Both the position numbers and the translations under genes were made by a program. The notes below the pieces were generated by a model. It saw nothing but the letters and a program-made list of their open reading frames with translations, did not search any database and had not been told where the DNA came from. Source: Acidobacteriota bacterium (GTDB taxonomy: Bacteria > Acidobacteriota > UBA6911 > RPQK01 > JAJDTT01). From it: a DNA stretch of 64,000 nt. The stretch covers positions 1,600,001-1,664,000 of the forward strand of contig OZ242374.1 of assembly GCA_965209055.1 (NCBI GenBank), in the 5' to 3' direction. This document shows, piece after piece, positions 56,154 to 64,000 of the stretch (the stretch's first letter is position 1; each line of letters opens with the position of its first letter).

Positions 56154-56834
56154 CTATGGCAGCTCACGGCGGAGTTTCTCATAGTATGCCTGATTCAAAG
56201 GCTCCTTGAGCTGAAAGCGGAAGACCCGCATCTTGTCGAAGTTGCGGCGGTTCTCCTCGTAGGTCCGGATCTCCAGCTCGTACCGCTGCGAGGACCAGAC
56301 GTTGGCCACGTCGCGGTCCTTTTTCCACTTCCTCGAATCCGACGGGTTCTCGCTGTCGTAGACGATGTGCTCCGGGCCGAAATAGAGCGTTCCCTCGCAG
56401 CCTCCGAGAGTGTGCTTGTGCTTGGCCGGAATCTGGTAGTCGGCGTCGATGGGATCGGTGACGCGGTCGGTCACCGGTTTCTTCAGCTTGCCGGAGATGA
56501 GCGCCAATGTCTGATCGGAAAATGTCCGATGGGAAGACAGCAACTCGAAGTCGAAGACCTTGTCCTGGCCCAGCCGTAGCTTCTGGTCTTCGTAGGTGAG
56601 CACGCTGAGGCGGGACGGGGACTTGCGGTCCACACTCTGAATGTCCTGCCAGATCCACCTCCGGTTGTGGTCCATCTTTTTCGGCGACCGGTATTCGATC
56701 CCCTCCTGGTCGATGATCAATTCTCCCTCGCACTTGCCCCAGGGATCGTGGTCGTGCCGGACCCGCACGGTTTCTCCCCAGGCCCCTGCGGCGAAACAGA
56801 ACAATGTCAGGAGAGCGAGCAGACTCTGCTTCAT
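56154..56834 (-). CDS. Secreted protein with two HxH..G.CEG.L repeats (PH-like)
   Basis: VRHDHDPWGKCEGELIIDQEGIEY and AKHKHTLGGCEGTLYFGPEHIVY; start overlaps the cusA stop (ATGA). Confidence 0.7.
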   Translation of the reverse strand: MKQSLLALLTLFCFAAGAWGETVRVRHDHDPWGKCEGELIIDQEGIEYRSPKKMDHNRRWIWQDIQSVDRKSPSRLSVLTYEDQKLRLGQDKVFDFELLSSHRTFSDQTLALISGKLKKPVTDRVTDPIDADYQIPAKHKHTLGGCEGTLYFGPEHIVYDSENPSDSRKWKKDRDVANVWSSQRYELEIRTYEENRRNFDKMRVFRFQLKEPLNQAYYEKLRRELP

Positions 56835-59800
56835 TTCAGCTTCCATCCCTTCCATATGTAGTAGACGACGGGGTAGACGCAGAGTTCCAGGAGAACGGAG
56901 GTTGTCACTCCACCGACCATGGGCGCGGCGATTCGCTTCATGACGTCCGCTCCTGCGCCATGACTCCACATGATGGGCAGCAGGCCCGCCAGGATGATGC
57001 AGGCCGTCATCACCTTGGGCCGCACGCGGTGGACGGCTCCGTGGCGGATGCTCTCGGTCAGATCCGAAAGCCGTCGCATGCGGCCTTCCCGGACCGCCTT
57101 CCGGTAGGCCACTTTCAGGTAGAGTAGCATCACCACGCCGGTCTCCGCATCCAGTCCCATCAGGGCGATGATCCCGACCCAGACTGCGACGCTCATGTTG
57201 TAGTCGAGCAGGTAGAGCAGCCAGAACGCCCCCACCAGCGAGAAGGGGACCGCCAGGAACACGATGGCCGTTTCAATGACGGAGCGCGTGTTCAGGTAGA
57301 TGATGACGAAGACGATGAGCAGGGTCATGGGGACGACGGCCATCAGGTGTTGTCGGGTCCGCTCCATGTGCTCGAATTGGCCGCTCCAGATGACGTTGTA
57401 TCCGTCCGGAACCTCGACCCGGCCGGCGACCGCCTGCCGGGCCATCGTCACGTAGCTCCCCACGTCGATGTCCGCCAGGTCGACGTAGATCCAGGCGTTG
57501 GGACGGGAATTCTCCGTCTTGATGGCAGTCGGCCCCTTGCGAATCCGGATGGTGGCCAACTGCCCCATGGGGATCTGGGAACCGCGGGGCGTGGGAACCA
57601 GGATTTCGCGGAGGGCCGGCAGGTTGTCCCGGAGTTCCCGGCTGTAGCGCAGATTCACCGGATAGCGCTCCAGCCCCTCGACGGTGGTGGTGATGTTCAT
57701 TCCCCCGATGGCGGACTGGATCACGTCCTGCACGTCGCCCACGGTGAGTCCGTAGCGGGCGATGGCGCCGCGCCGGATGTCGAAGTCCACGTAGTTGCCC
57801 TCCATGACTCGCTCCGAGTAAACGGATAGGGTCCCCGGAAGGCGGCGGACCACCGCTTCGATCTGCTGCCCCAGGTTCTGGAGCACGGACAGATCGGGTC
57901 CCGAAACCTTGATCCCGACCGGCGTCTTGATGCCGGTGGAGAGCATGGCGATCCGGGTCTTGATGGGCATGGTCCAGGTGTTGGTGAGGCCCGGGAACTG
58001 AATCGCCCGGTTCAGTTCGTCGATGAGGAGGTCCGGGGTCATGCCGGGGCGCCACTCGGACTCGGGTTTGAGCATGATGGTGGTCTCGATCATGCTCAGC
58101 GGTGCGGGATCGGTGGCCGTATCGGCCCGCCCGATCTTCCCGAAGACCCGGTCGACCTCGGGAAAGGAGGCGATGATCCTGTCCGTCTGCTGCAGGATTT
58201 CCCTGGCCTTGGTGGTGGAGATTCCGGGCAGGGTGGTGGGCATGTAGAGCAGGTCGCCTTCATACAGGGGAGGCATGAACTCGGAGCCCAGGCGGGAATA
58301 GGGAACCCAGGTCAGGCCCAGGGTTCCGGCGGTGAGGATCAGGACCGTCCACTTCCACCTCAGGAGGAGCCGGAGCACCGGGTCGTAGAGCGCGATCAGG
58401 ATCCGGCTGAGGGGATTCCGTTTCTCGGAGCGGATCCTCCCCCGGATCCAGTAACCCATGAGGACCGGCACCAGCGTGATCGTCAGAATCGAGGCCGCCG
58501 CCATGGACCAGGTCTTGGTGAAGGCCAACGGCTTGAAGAGCCTCCCTTCCTGGGCCTCCAGCGTGAAGACGGGAATGAAGGAGACGGTGATGACCAGCAT
58601 GGCGAAGAAGAGGGTCGGCCCCACCTCCTTGGAGGCTTCGGCGATGATCTTCCAGTGGTCCTTGCGGCCGCGATCCGCCTCCAGGTGCTTGTGGGCGTTC
58701 TCGATCATGATGACGGCGCCGTCGACCATGGCTCCGATGGCGATGGCGATGCCGCCCAGGGACATGATGTTGGCGTCGATGCCCTGCTGTTTCATGACGA
58801 TGAAGGAGATCAGCACCGCCACCGGCAAGGTGATGATGGCCACCAGCGAGGAGCGCAGATGGAGCAGGAACAGGATGCACACCAGGGCGACCGCCACTCC
58901 CTCTTCCAGGAGTTTCTCCCCCAGCGTCTTCACCGCCCGCTCGATCAGTGCCGACCGGTCGTAGACGGTCAGGATCTCGACGTCTTCGGGCAGACCCTGC
59001 CGCAGCTCCTCCAACTTCTCCTTGACACCTTGAATGACCTGGTGCGTATTGGCTCCGGACCGGACCACGACGATTCCGCCGACGACCTCCCCCTCACCGT
59101 TGTATTCGGCGATCCCGCGGCGCATTTCGGGTCCCATCCGGACCGTGGCCACGTCTCGCAGGAGAATCGGCGTTCCGTTCGGCGACACCGCCAGCGCGAT
59201 CTCCCGGAGGTCGGCCAGGTTCCGGATATAGCCTCGGCCGCGGATCATGAACTCGGTTTCCGACATCTCCAGGACCCGCCCCCCCACTTCGTTGTTGCTC
59301 CGCTGGACGGCCCGGCGAATCGTGGAGATGGGAATGTCGTAGGCCCGGAGCCGGTTGGGGTCCACCGTGATCTGGTACTGCCTGACGAAGCCGCCGACGC
59401 TTGCCACTTCCGACACGCCGTCCACCGAGGTGAGCTCGTACTTGAGGAACCAGTCCTGGATGCTTCGAAGCTCGGCCAGGTTTCTCCGGTCCGACTTGAG
59501 GACGTACATGAAGGCCCAGCCGACGCCGCTGGCGTCCGGGCCCAGGGTGGGGCTCACTCCTTCGGGGAGGCGGGCGCTAACGTAGTTCAGTGACTCCAGC
59601 ACCCGGCTCCGGGCCCAGTACGGATCGGTTCCGTCTTCGAAGAGGACGTAAACGAAGGAGTAGCCGAAGAAGGAGTAGCCCCGCACCACTTTCGAATAGG
59701 GCACCGAGAGCATCTGGGTGGTGATGGGGTAGGTCAACTGGTCTTCCACCACCTGCGGGGCCTGGCCCGGGTACTCGGCGTAAATGATGACCTGCACGTC

Positions 59801-59929
59801 CGAGAGGTCCGGAATGGCGTCCAGGGGTGTCTGCCGGAAGGAATGGAGTCCCGCCAGGATGGCGAAACCGGTGGCCAGGACGATCAGGAGCCGGTTTTCC
59901 AGGGACCAGTCGATGATTCTTCCCAGCAT
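56831..59929 (-). CDS. cusA: CusA Cu(I)/Ag(I) RND efflux permease
   Basis: PLDAIPDLSDVQVI, GPDASGVG, EFMPPL.EGDLLYMP, PAPLSMIET, RVRPKVMT. Confidence 0.95.
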   Translation of the reverse strand: MLGRIIDWSLENRLLIVLATGFAILAGLHSFRQTPLDAIPDLSDVQVIIYAEYPGQAPQVVEDQLTYPITTQMLSVPYSKVVRGYSFFGYSFVYVLFEDGTDPYWARSRVLESLNYVSARLPEGVSPTLGPDASGVGWAFMYVLKSDRRNLAELRSIQDWFLKYELTSVDGVSEVASVGGFVRQYQITVDPNRLRAYDIPISTIRRAVQRSNNEVGGRVLEMSETEFMIRGRGYIRNLADLREIALAVSPNGTPILLRDVATVRMGPEMRRGIAEYNGEGEVVGGIVVVRSGANTHQVIQGVKEKLEELRQGLPEDVEILTVYDRSALIERAVKTLGEKLLEEGVAVALVCILFLLHLRSSLVAIITLPVAVLISFIVMKQQGIDANIMSLGGIAIAIGAMVDGAVIMIENAHKHLEADRGRKDHWKIIAEASKEVGPTLFFAMLVITVSFIPVFTLEAQEGRLFKPLAFTKTWSMAAASILTITLVPVLMGYWIRGRIRSEKRNPLSRILIALYDPVLRLLLRWKWTVLILTAGTLGLTWVPYSRLGSEFMPPLYEGDLLYMPTTLPGISTTKAREILQQTDRIIASFPEVDRVFGKIGRADTATDPAPLSMIETTIMLKPESEWRPGMTPDLLIDELNRAIQFPGLTNTWTMPIKTRIAMLSTGIKTPVGIKVSGPDLSVLQNLGQQIEAVVRRLPGTLSVYSERVMEGNYVDFDIRRGAIARYGLTVGDVQDVIQSAIGGMNITTTVEGLERYPVNLRYSRELRDNLPALREILVPTPRGSQIPMGQLATIRIRKGPTAIKTENSRPNAWIYVDLADIDVGSYVTMARQAVAGRVEVPDGYNVIWSGQFEHMERTRQHLMAVVPMTLLIVFVIIYLNTRSVIETAIVFLAVPFSLVGAFWLLYLLDYNMSVAVWVGIIALMGLDAETGVVMLLYLKVAYRKAVREGRMRRLSDLTESIRHGAVHRVRPKVMTACIILAGLLPIMWSHGAGADVMKRIAAPMVGGVTTSVLLELCVYPVVYYIWKGWKLK

Positions 59930-59955
59930 GTCTCAGATCACCACCGATCGGACCC

Positions 59956-61479
59956 TCAGTGCTGATGATGCATGGGGGATCCCGTGTCCCCCTCCGTGCC
60001 CTTGGAGTTGGGAGAGACGATTTTTCGAATGGCTTCCTTCAGGCGGCTCTCCGAATCGATGAGGAATTGGGAAGAGATCACGACGCGATCGCCCACGGAC
60101 AGACCCTTCATCACTTCCCAGAATCCATTTCCGTTTCTTCCCAACGCCACCTCCCGGACCTGGAAGGTTCCGTTTCCGAGATCCAGGACCACCAGGTTTC
60201 GCCGCCCGCTGTGGATCACCGAGTCCTCGGGAACGGCCAGTGCGCCCCGGACCGACGAGACGTCGAAGGTGACGTTGGCGTACATGTCGGCGCGGAGGCT
60301 CGGATCGGGATCCATCAATTCCAGGGACACTTGGAGGGTCCGGGTCCGGCCGTTGAAGGCGGGGGACAGGAACCGGACCGCGCCTCGGAATCTCCGTCCC
60401 GGCAGGGCGGGGATCTCGACGGAGGCGGTTTGTCCGATCTGCAGCCAGGGAATCTGGTGCTCGAAGACCTCCGCCTCCACCCAAAGGCTGGATGGATCGG
60501 CGATCTTGTAAAGGTTCATTCCGGGATGGACCCGCATTCCCTCCAAGGCCTCGTCCATCTTCTCCACCACCACTCCGCCGACCGGCGAGACCAGGGTCAC
60601 CGTGTGCCGCGGCTCCCGGGACTCTTCCAGTTGACGGATCTGCTCCAAGTCGATGTGCCAGTGATCCAGGCGTTGCCGGCTGGACACCACCAGGGACCGG
60701 GCGCGCTCGGCGACCTCGGGGTAATCGTTTCCGCTGAGCCGCTCGGCGTATTCCATGGCCCGCAGATACTCCTCCTGGCTGGTCACCAGATCGGGGCTGT
60801 AGATCTCCAGAAGTTTCTGGCCTTCCTTGACCGGCTCTCCCACGTAGTTGACGTGGGCCTTCTCGATCCAACCGTCGAACTTGGTGTTGATCCAGGCCAT
60901 CTTCCCTTCGTCGTAAACCAGGTTCCCCACGGTTCGGATGGTGAAGGAGAGATCGACCCGCCGGATCGCGACCGACTGCACACCGAAGTTCTGGACGAAG
61001 GAGGGATCGATTCGAACCACGTCCTGGCGACGGGTATCGAGTTCCGTTTCCAAGCCGTCCGTCTGTTGGTTTTCGGCGGTTCGAGTCGACGTTTCGCCGG
61101 AAACACCGCGGCCCCCCATGGACCCGGTCGAACTCTTGGAACGGGACATGGCGTGGTCTGTCCCGGAGCCTTCCGGGTGGGTCCGCGAACCTTCCGAGTG
61201 TGTGCCGGAACCCTCCCGGCCGGCGGTCGATCCTTTCAACGGGCTCAGGCGCATCCCGCAGAGCGGACAGCTTCCCGGACCCTGCCGGATCACATGCGGA
61301 TGCATGCCGCAGGTCCAGAGTTGTCCTTCCGGGGTGTCCCGTTGAGGAGACAGAATGCCGATCCAGGAGGGAATTCCGGTCCGGATCCGATGAATCAGGC
61401 GCCAATCGAAAGGATCCACCAGGATCAAGGCGGCTACCGCCAGAAAAACCAGCAAGGCTGAAAGAACCCTCGCCTTCAT
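59956..61479 (-). CDS. cusB: CusB-like membrane fusion protein
   Basis: WTCGMHP..PGSCPLCGM, IYSPDL...QEEY, QFLIDSE. Confidence 0.92.
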   Translation of the reverse strand: MKARVLSALLVFLAVAALILVDPFDWRLIHRIRTGIPSWIGILSPQRDTPEGQLWTCGMHPHVIRQGPGSCPLCGMRLSPLKGSTAGREGSGTHSEGSRTHPEGSGTDHAMSRSKSSTGSMGGRGVSGETSTRTAENQQTDGLETELDTRRQDVVRIDPSFVQNFGVQSVAIRRVDLSFTIRTVGNLVYDEGKMAWINTKFDGWIEKAHVNYVGEPVKEGQKLLEIYSPDLVTSQEEYLRAMEYAERLSGNDYPEVAERARSLVVSSRQRLDHWHIDLEQIRQLEESREPRHTVTLVSPVGGVVVEKMDEALEGMRVHPGMNLYKIADPSSLWVEAEVFEHQIPWLQIGQTASVEIPALPGRRFRGAVRFLSPAFNGRTRTLQVSLELMDPDPSLRADMYANVTFDVSSVRGALAVPEDSVIHSGRRNLVVLDLGNGTFQVREVALGRNGNGFWEVMKGLSVGDRVVISSQFLIDSESRLKEAIRKIVSPNSKGTEGDTGSPMHHQH

Positions 61480-62816
61480 CGCTCTTCTCCCGGTCCGGGG
61501 TAACGGGTTCCGACGGCCTGCTCCATTTCCGCAAGGGCCTGCATGTAGTCGGCCTTGTATCGAGCCTGGAGCACCTGCGTCTCCAGCAGGGACCGTTCGC
61601 TGTCCAACAGTTCCAGGGCTCCCAACTGCCCGTTCCGGTATCCGGATTCGGCGGAGAGGAGGGCCTCCCGGGTCTGGGGGATCAGGACCCGTTCAAACAG
61701 GTCCATCTGTCTCCACAGGGTCCGGATGCGAACCGCCAGGTCCCGGATGGAGAGTTGAATCCGGTTCCGCAGGTCTCGATACGTGCTTCGTTGGGCGACC
61801 AGGTTTTCCGCGGCCTCCATCACCTCCGCGCGGTATTTGTGCCTCTGAAGGGGAATGTTGATGCTCACCGAGAGGTTGTAGGCGTTCTTGCCGCCGCCGG
61901 GACGCTGCGCCGGAAGCAGGTCCTGCGCCGGAAGGCCGCCGACGTTGACGGTTCCCGCGCTCAATGTGACGTCCGGCCAAAAACTCTTCTTCGCCAGCTC
62001 GACGCCCTGCTCCGTCGCTTCGATCCGGGCCATGGCTCCCTTGAGTTCCTGCCGGTGACGCACCCCCAGCTCGTAGAGTTCCTCCAGGTTGATCGCCACC
62101 TTCGCCGGAGCGGGAAGCTGGAGCCGCGGCACGAATTTCTCCGGCGGCTGGTCCGACAGGCTGTTCAGACGCGCCGCCGCCGACTGGCGTTGTTGCTGCA
62201 GCAGTTCCAGCCGGCTCATGGTCCGGCTGATCTCGGCCTGGATCCGGATCACCTCCTGCTGGTGCCCCTTCCCCGATGCGAATCGGGCTTGGGCCAGATC
62301 TTCGTAGTGATCCAGCAGAGATTGTTCTTCCCGGACGATGACCAGGGCCCGGTCCAGGTAGGCCACGTCGTAGAAGGCCCGTTTCACGCCGGCGGCGATT
62401 TCCCGTTCCCGGGCGCGGAAGAGCCGGAATTGGGCCGCCGCCCGCTTGATGGCGATCTTCCCTTTCAGGTCCAACTTTCCGAACCATGGAAACCGCTGAC
62501 TGAGCGTGAGGGTGCTCAGTTGAGGCCCCTCCCGGGTCTCCACGCTGCGAAGGAAGCGGCCGAAGGTCAGGGCGGGATCGGGCAGAGCCGTCTGTTGGGG
62601 CACCTTCTGGAGAGCCGCGCGATAACGGGCATACGCTGTCTGGATGGATGGATTGGAGTCGAGGGCGGTCCGAAGGTAGTCGCCCAGCAGAGGGTCCGGA
62701 ACGTGGAAGGCGTTCTCCGGATCCGGCTGGGCTCCGTAGACTCCCGGCAGCCCCGGCAGGAGGAAGCCCAGTCCCAGCAGCACGGCCTTCAGCAATGGAG
62801 GTGTCGATCTCGTCAT
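61476..62816 (-). CDS. TolC/CusC-family outer-membrane efflux protein
   Basis: ALDSNP, LPDP.L, SQRFPWFGK, two OEP repeats; start at 62816 fits the sigma54 promoter. Confidence 0.9.
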   Translation of the reverse strand: MTRSTPPLLKAVLLGLGFLLPGLPGVYGAQPDPENAFHVPDPLLGDYLRTALDSNPSIQTAYARYRAALQKVPQQTALPDPALTFGRFLRSVETREGPQLSTLTLSQRFPWFGKLDLKGKIAIKRAAAQFRLFRAREREIAAGVKRAFYDVAYLDRALVIVREEQSLLDHYEDLAQARFASGKGHQQEVIRIQAEISRTMSRLELLQQQRQSAAARLNSLSDQPPEKFVPRLQLPAPAKVAINLEELYELGVRHRQELKGAMARIEATEQGVELAKKSFWPDVTLSAGTVNVGGLPAQDLLPAQRPGGGKNAYNLSVSINIPLQRHKYRAEVMEAAENLVAQRSTYRDLRNRIQLSIRDLAVRIRTLWRQMDLFERVLIPQTREALLSAESGYRNGQLGALELLDSERSLLETQVLQARYKADYMQALAEMEQAVGTRYPGPGEER

Positions 62817-62847
62817 CGTCTCTGACCCGGTACGCTCGTCTCCGCAC

Positions 62848-62863
62848 GCAATTTTCGATCCAA
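62848..62863 (-). promoter_or_regulatory. sigma54 -24/-12 promoter of the cus operon
   Basis: TTGGATCGAAAATTGC (GG-N10-GC), about 30 bp before the ATG; adjacent to a sigma54 activator gene. Confidence 0.65.
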
Positions 62864-62962
62864 CCGGTTCGCCTTCCTTGCATGGGGCCAAAAGTCTCTT
62901 CATTTCAGGTGTTTAGTTCTCGTTGCGCGGAGACGGTTCGGCGGGGGACAAGCCGAAATGGA

Positions 62963-63018
62963 TGATTCATATGAATCAGTAAATGTGGGAAATGGATCAG
63001 ATGTCTCATATGAAACAT
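62963..63018. promoter_or_regulatory. Two palindromic candidate enhancer (UAS) sites with TCATATGA core
   Basis: TGATTCATATGAATCA (62963-62978, perfect) and ATGTCTCATATGAAACAT (63001-63018); centres 39 bp apart. Confidence 0.6.
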
Positions 63019-63041
63019 TTTCCGGATACAATGGTTGAGAG

Positions 63042-64000
63042 ATGAAACCCGAACGCATTCTGCTGGTCGACGACGACCGGAATTTTTTGCGGGTCCTGGG
63101 CTACCAGGTCCAGCAGTTCGGGTACGGCACTTGCTGTGTCTCTTCCGGAGACCGCGCCCTGGAGCGGGTCCGCGAGGCCGCGGTGGACCTGGTGGTCACC
63201 GACCTGCGCATGCCGGGGATGGACGGCCTCCAGTTGCTGGAACGGATCCGCCGGCTGGATCCCGATCTTCCCGTGATCGTCCTGACCGCCCACGGTTCCA
63301 TCGAGGGGGCCGTCGACGCCGTCAAGGGCGGAGCCTCCGACTTTTTGACCAAACCCTTCGAGCAGGAGGAGATCCACCATTCCATCCGGAAAGCCCTGGA
63401 GATGACGCGGCTGATTCGTGAGAACCGAAGGCTGTCCCGGGAGGTGCAGCGCAGGTTCGAATTCGGGGGGATCGTGGGATCGTCCAAGGAGTTCCGCGAT
63501 GTTCTGGAGTTGGCCCGTCAACTGGCGGTGGTGGCGACGACGGTCCTGATTCAGGGTGAGACGGGAACCGGGAAGGAACTCCTGGCCCGGGCCATCCATT
63601 TCAACGGTCCGCGAAAGAAAAGTCCATTCGTGGTTGTGAACTGTGGCGCCATTCCGCGGGACCTGATGGAGTCCGAGCTCTTCGGCCACCGCAAGGGCGC
63701 CTTCACCGGCGCCGTCGCCGACAGGCGGGGAAAGTTCGCCGCGGCGGACACCGGGACTCTGTTCCTGGATGAAGTGGCGGAGCTTCCGTTGGATATGCAG
63801 GTGAAGCTGCTCCGGGTATTGCAGCAGAAGGAGATGGATGTGGTCGGAGACCCGGAGCCCTCCCCCGTGGACGTCCGGATCCTGGCGGCCACGAACCAGG
63901 ATCTGGGCCAGGCCATGGCCGGGGGGCGATTCCGTCAAGACCTGTTCTATCGGCTCTCGGTGGCGCCGTTGAGGATCCCTCCCTTGCGGGAGCGCCGGGA
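63042..64000 (+). CDS. sigma54-dependent response regulator (NtrC/ZraR-like), cut by window edge
   Basis: Manual translation: ILLVDDD, TDLRMPGMDG, GETGTGKE, ESELFGH.KGAFTGA, LFLDEV. Confidence 0.93.
   Translation, partial: MKPERILLVDDDRNFLRVLGYQVQQFGYGTCCVSSGDRALERVREAAVDLVVTDLRMPGMDGLQLLERIRRLDPDLPVIVLTAHGSIEGAVDAVKGGASDFLTKPFEQEEIHHSIRKALEMTRLIRENRRLSREVQRRFEFGGIVGSSKEFRDVLELARQLAVVATTVLIQGETGTGKELLARAIHFNGPRKKSPFVVVNCGAIPRDLMESELFGHRKGAFTGAVADRRGKFAAADTGTLFLDEVAELPLDMQVKLLRVLQQKEMDVVGDPEPSPVDVRILAATNQDLGQAMAGGRFRQDLFYRLSVAPLRIPPLRERR

Overview
High-GC bacterial sequence. The gene content (NHL, FN3 and trypsin proteins, many TA and R-M genes, Acidobacteria-type hypotheticals) suggests a host-associated, possibly sponge-associated, Acidobacteriota; that assignment is inference. 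There are three zones. (1) 1-~20,724 is the right part of a composite genomic island that ends in an attR-like signature (arm-type repeats, IHF box, tRNA 3'-end fragment). It holds two closely related P4-like tyrosine integrases arranged tail-to-tail, each followed by a copy of the same 212-bp cis element. Between them is ~7.3 kb of cargo: trypsin, orphan HigA, a secreted HNH/FN3 nuclease, an EVE-like protein, a NYN RNase behind a promoter-leader-terminator, and a ~660-bp densely self-complementary non-coding tract with a perfect 23-bp inverted repeat. A defence block follows: MORC-type GHKL/histidine-kinase fusion plus receiver protein, convergent vsr-dcm, an hsdS relic and a fused Type IIG-like R-M enzyme. 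(2) ~20.9-24.7 kb is a row of small TA/repair genes separated by same-orientation copies of a GTGACWGTCCC(C) motif, and several toxins are lost or broken. (3) ~25-64 kb is mostly chromosomal metabolism (GH-like propellers, AbiE TA, thrC, sod, cinA-like, plant-like glucuronokinase with galU, gluconokinase-gnd, cusCBA with a sigma54 promoter and a divergent NtrC-type regulator), with GTAG-type REP elements. No CRISPR array, rRNA or intact tRNA was seen. The strongest candidates for an undescribed system are the NYN RNase with its two divergent structured RNAs (7.0-8.6 kb), the GHKL-HK/receiver/Dcm/Vsr module, and the motif-delimited cassette row. All family calls come from motif recognition by eye; no searches or folding programs were run.
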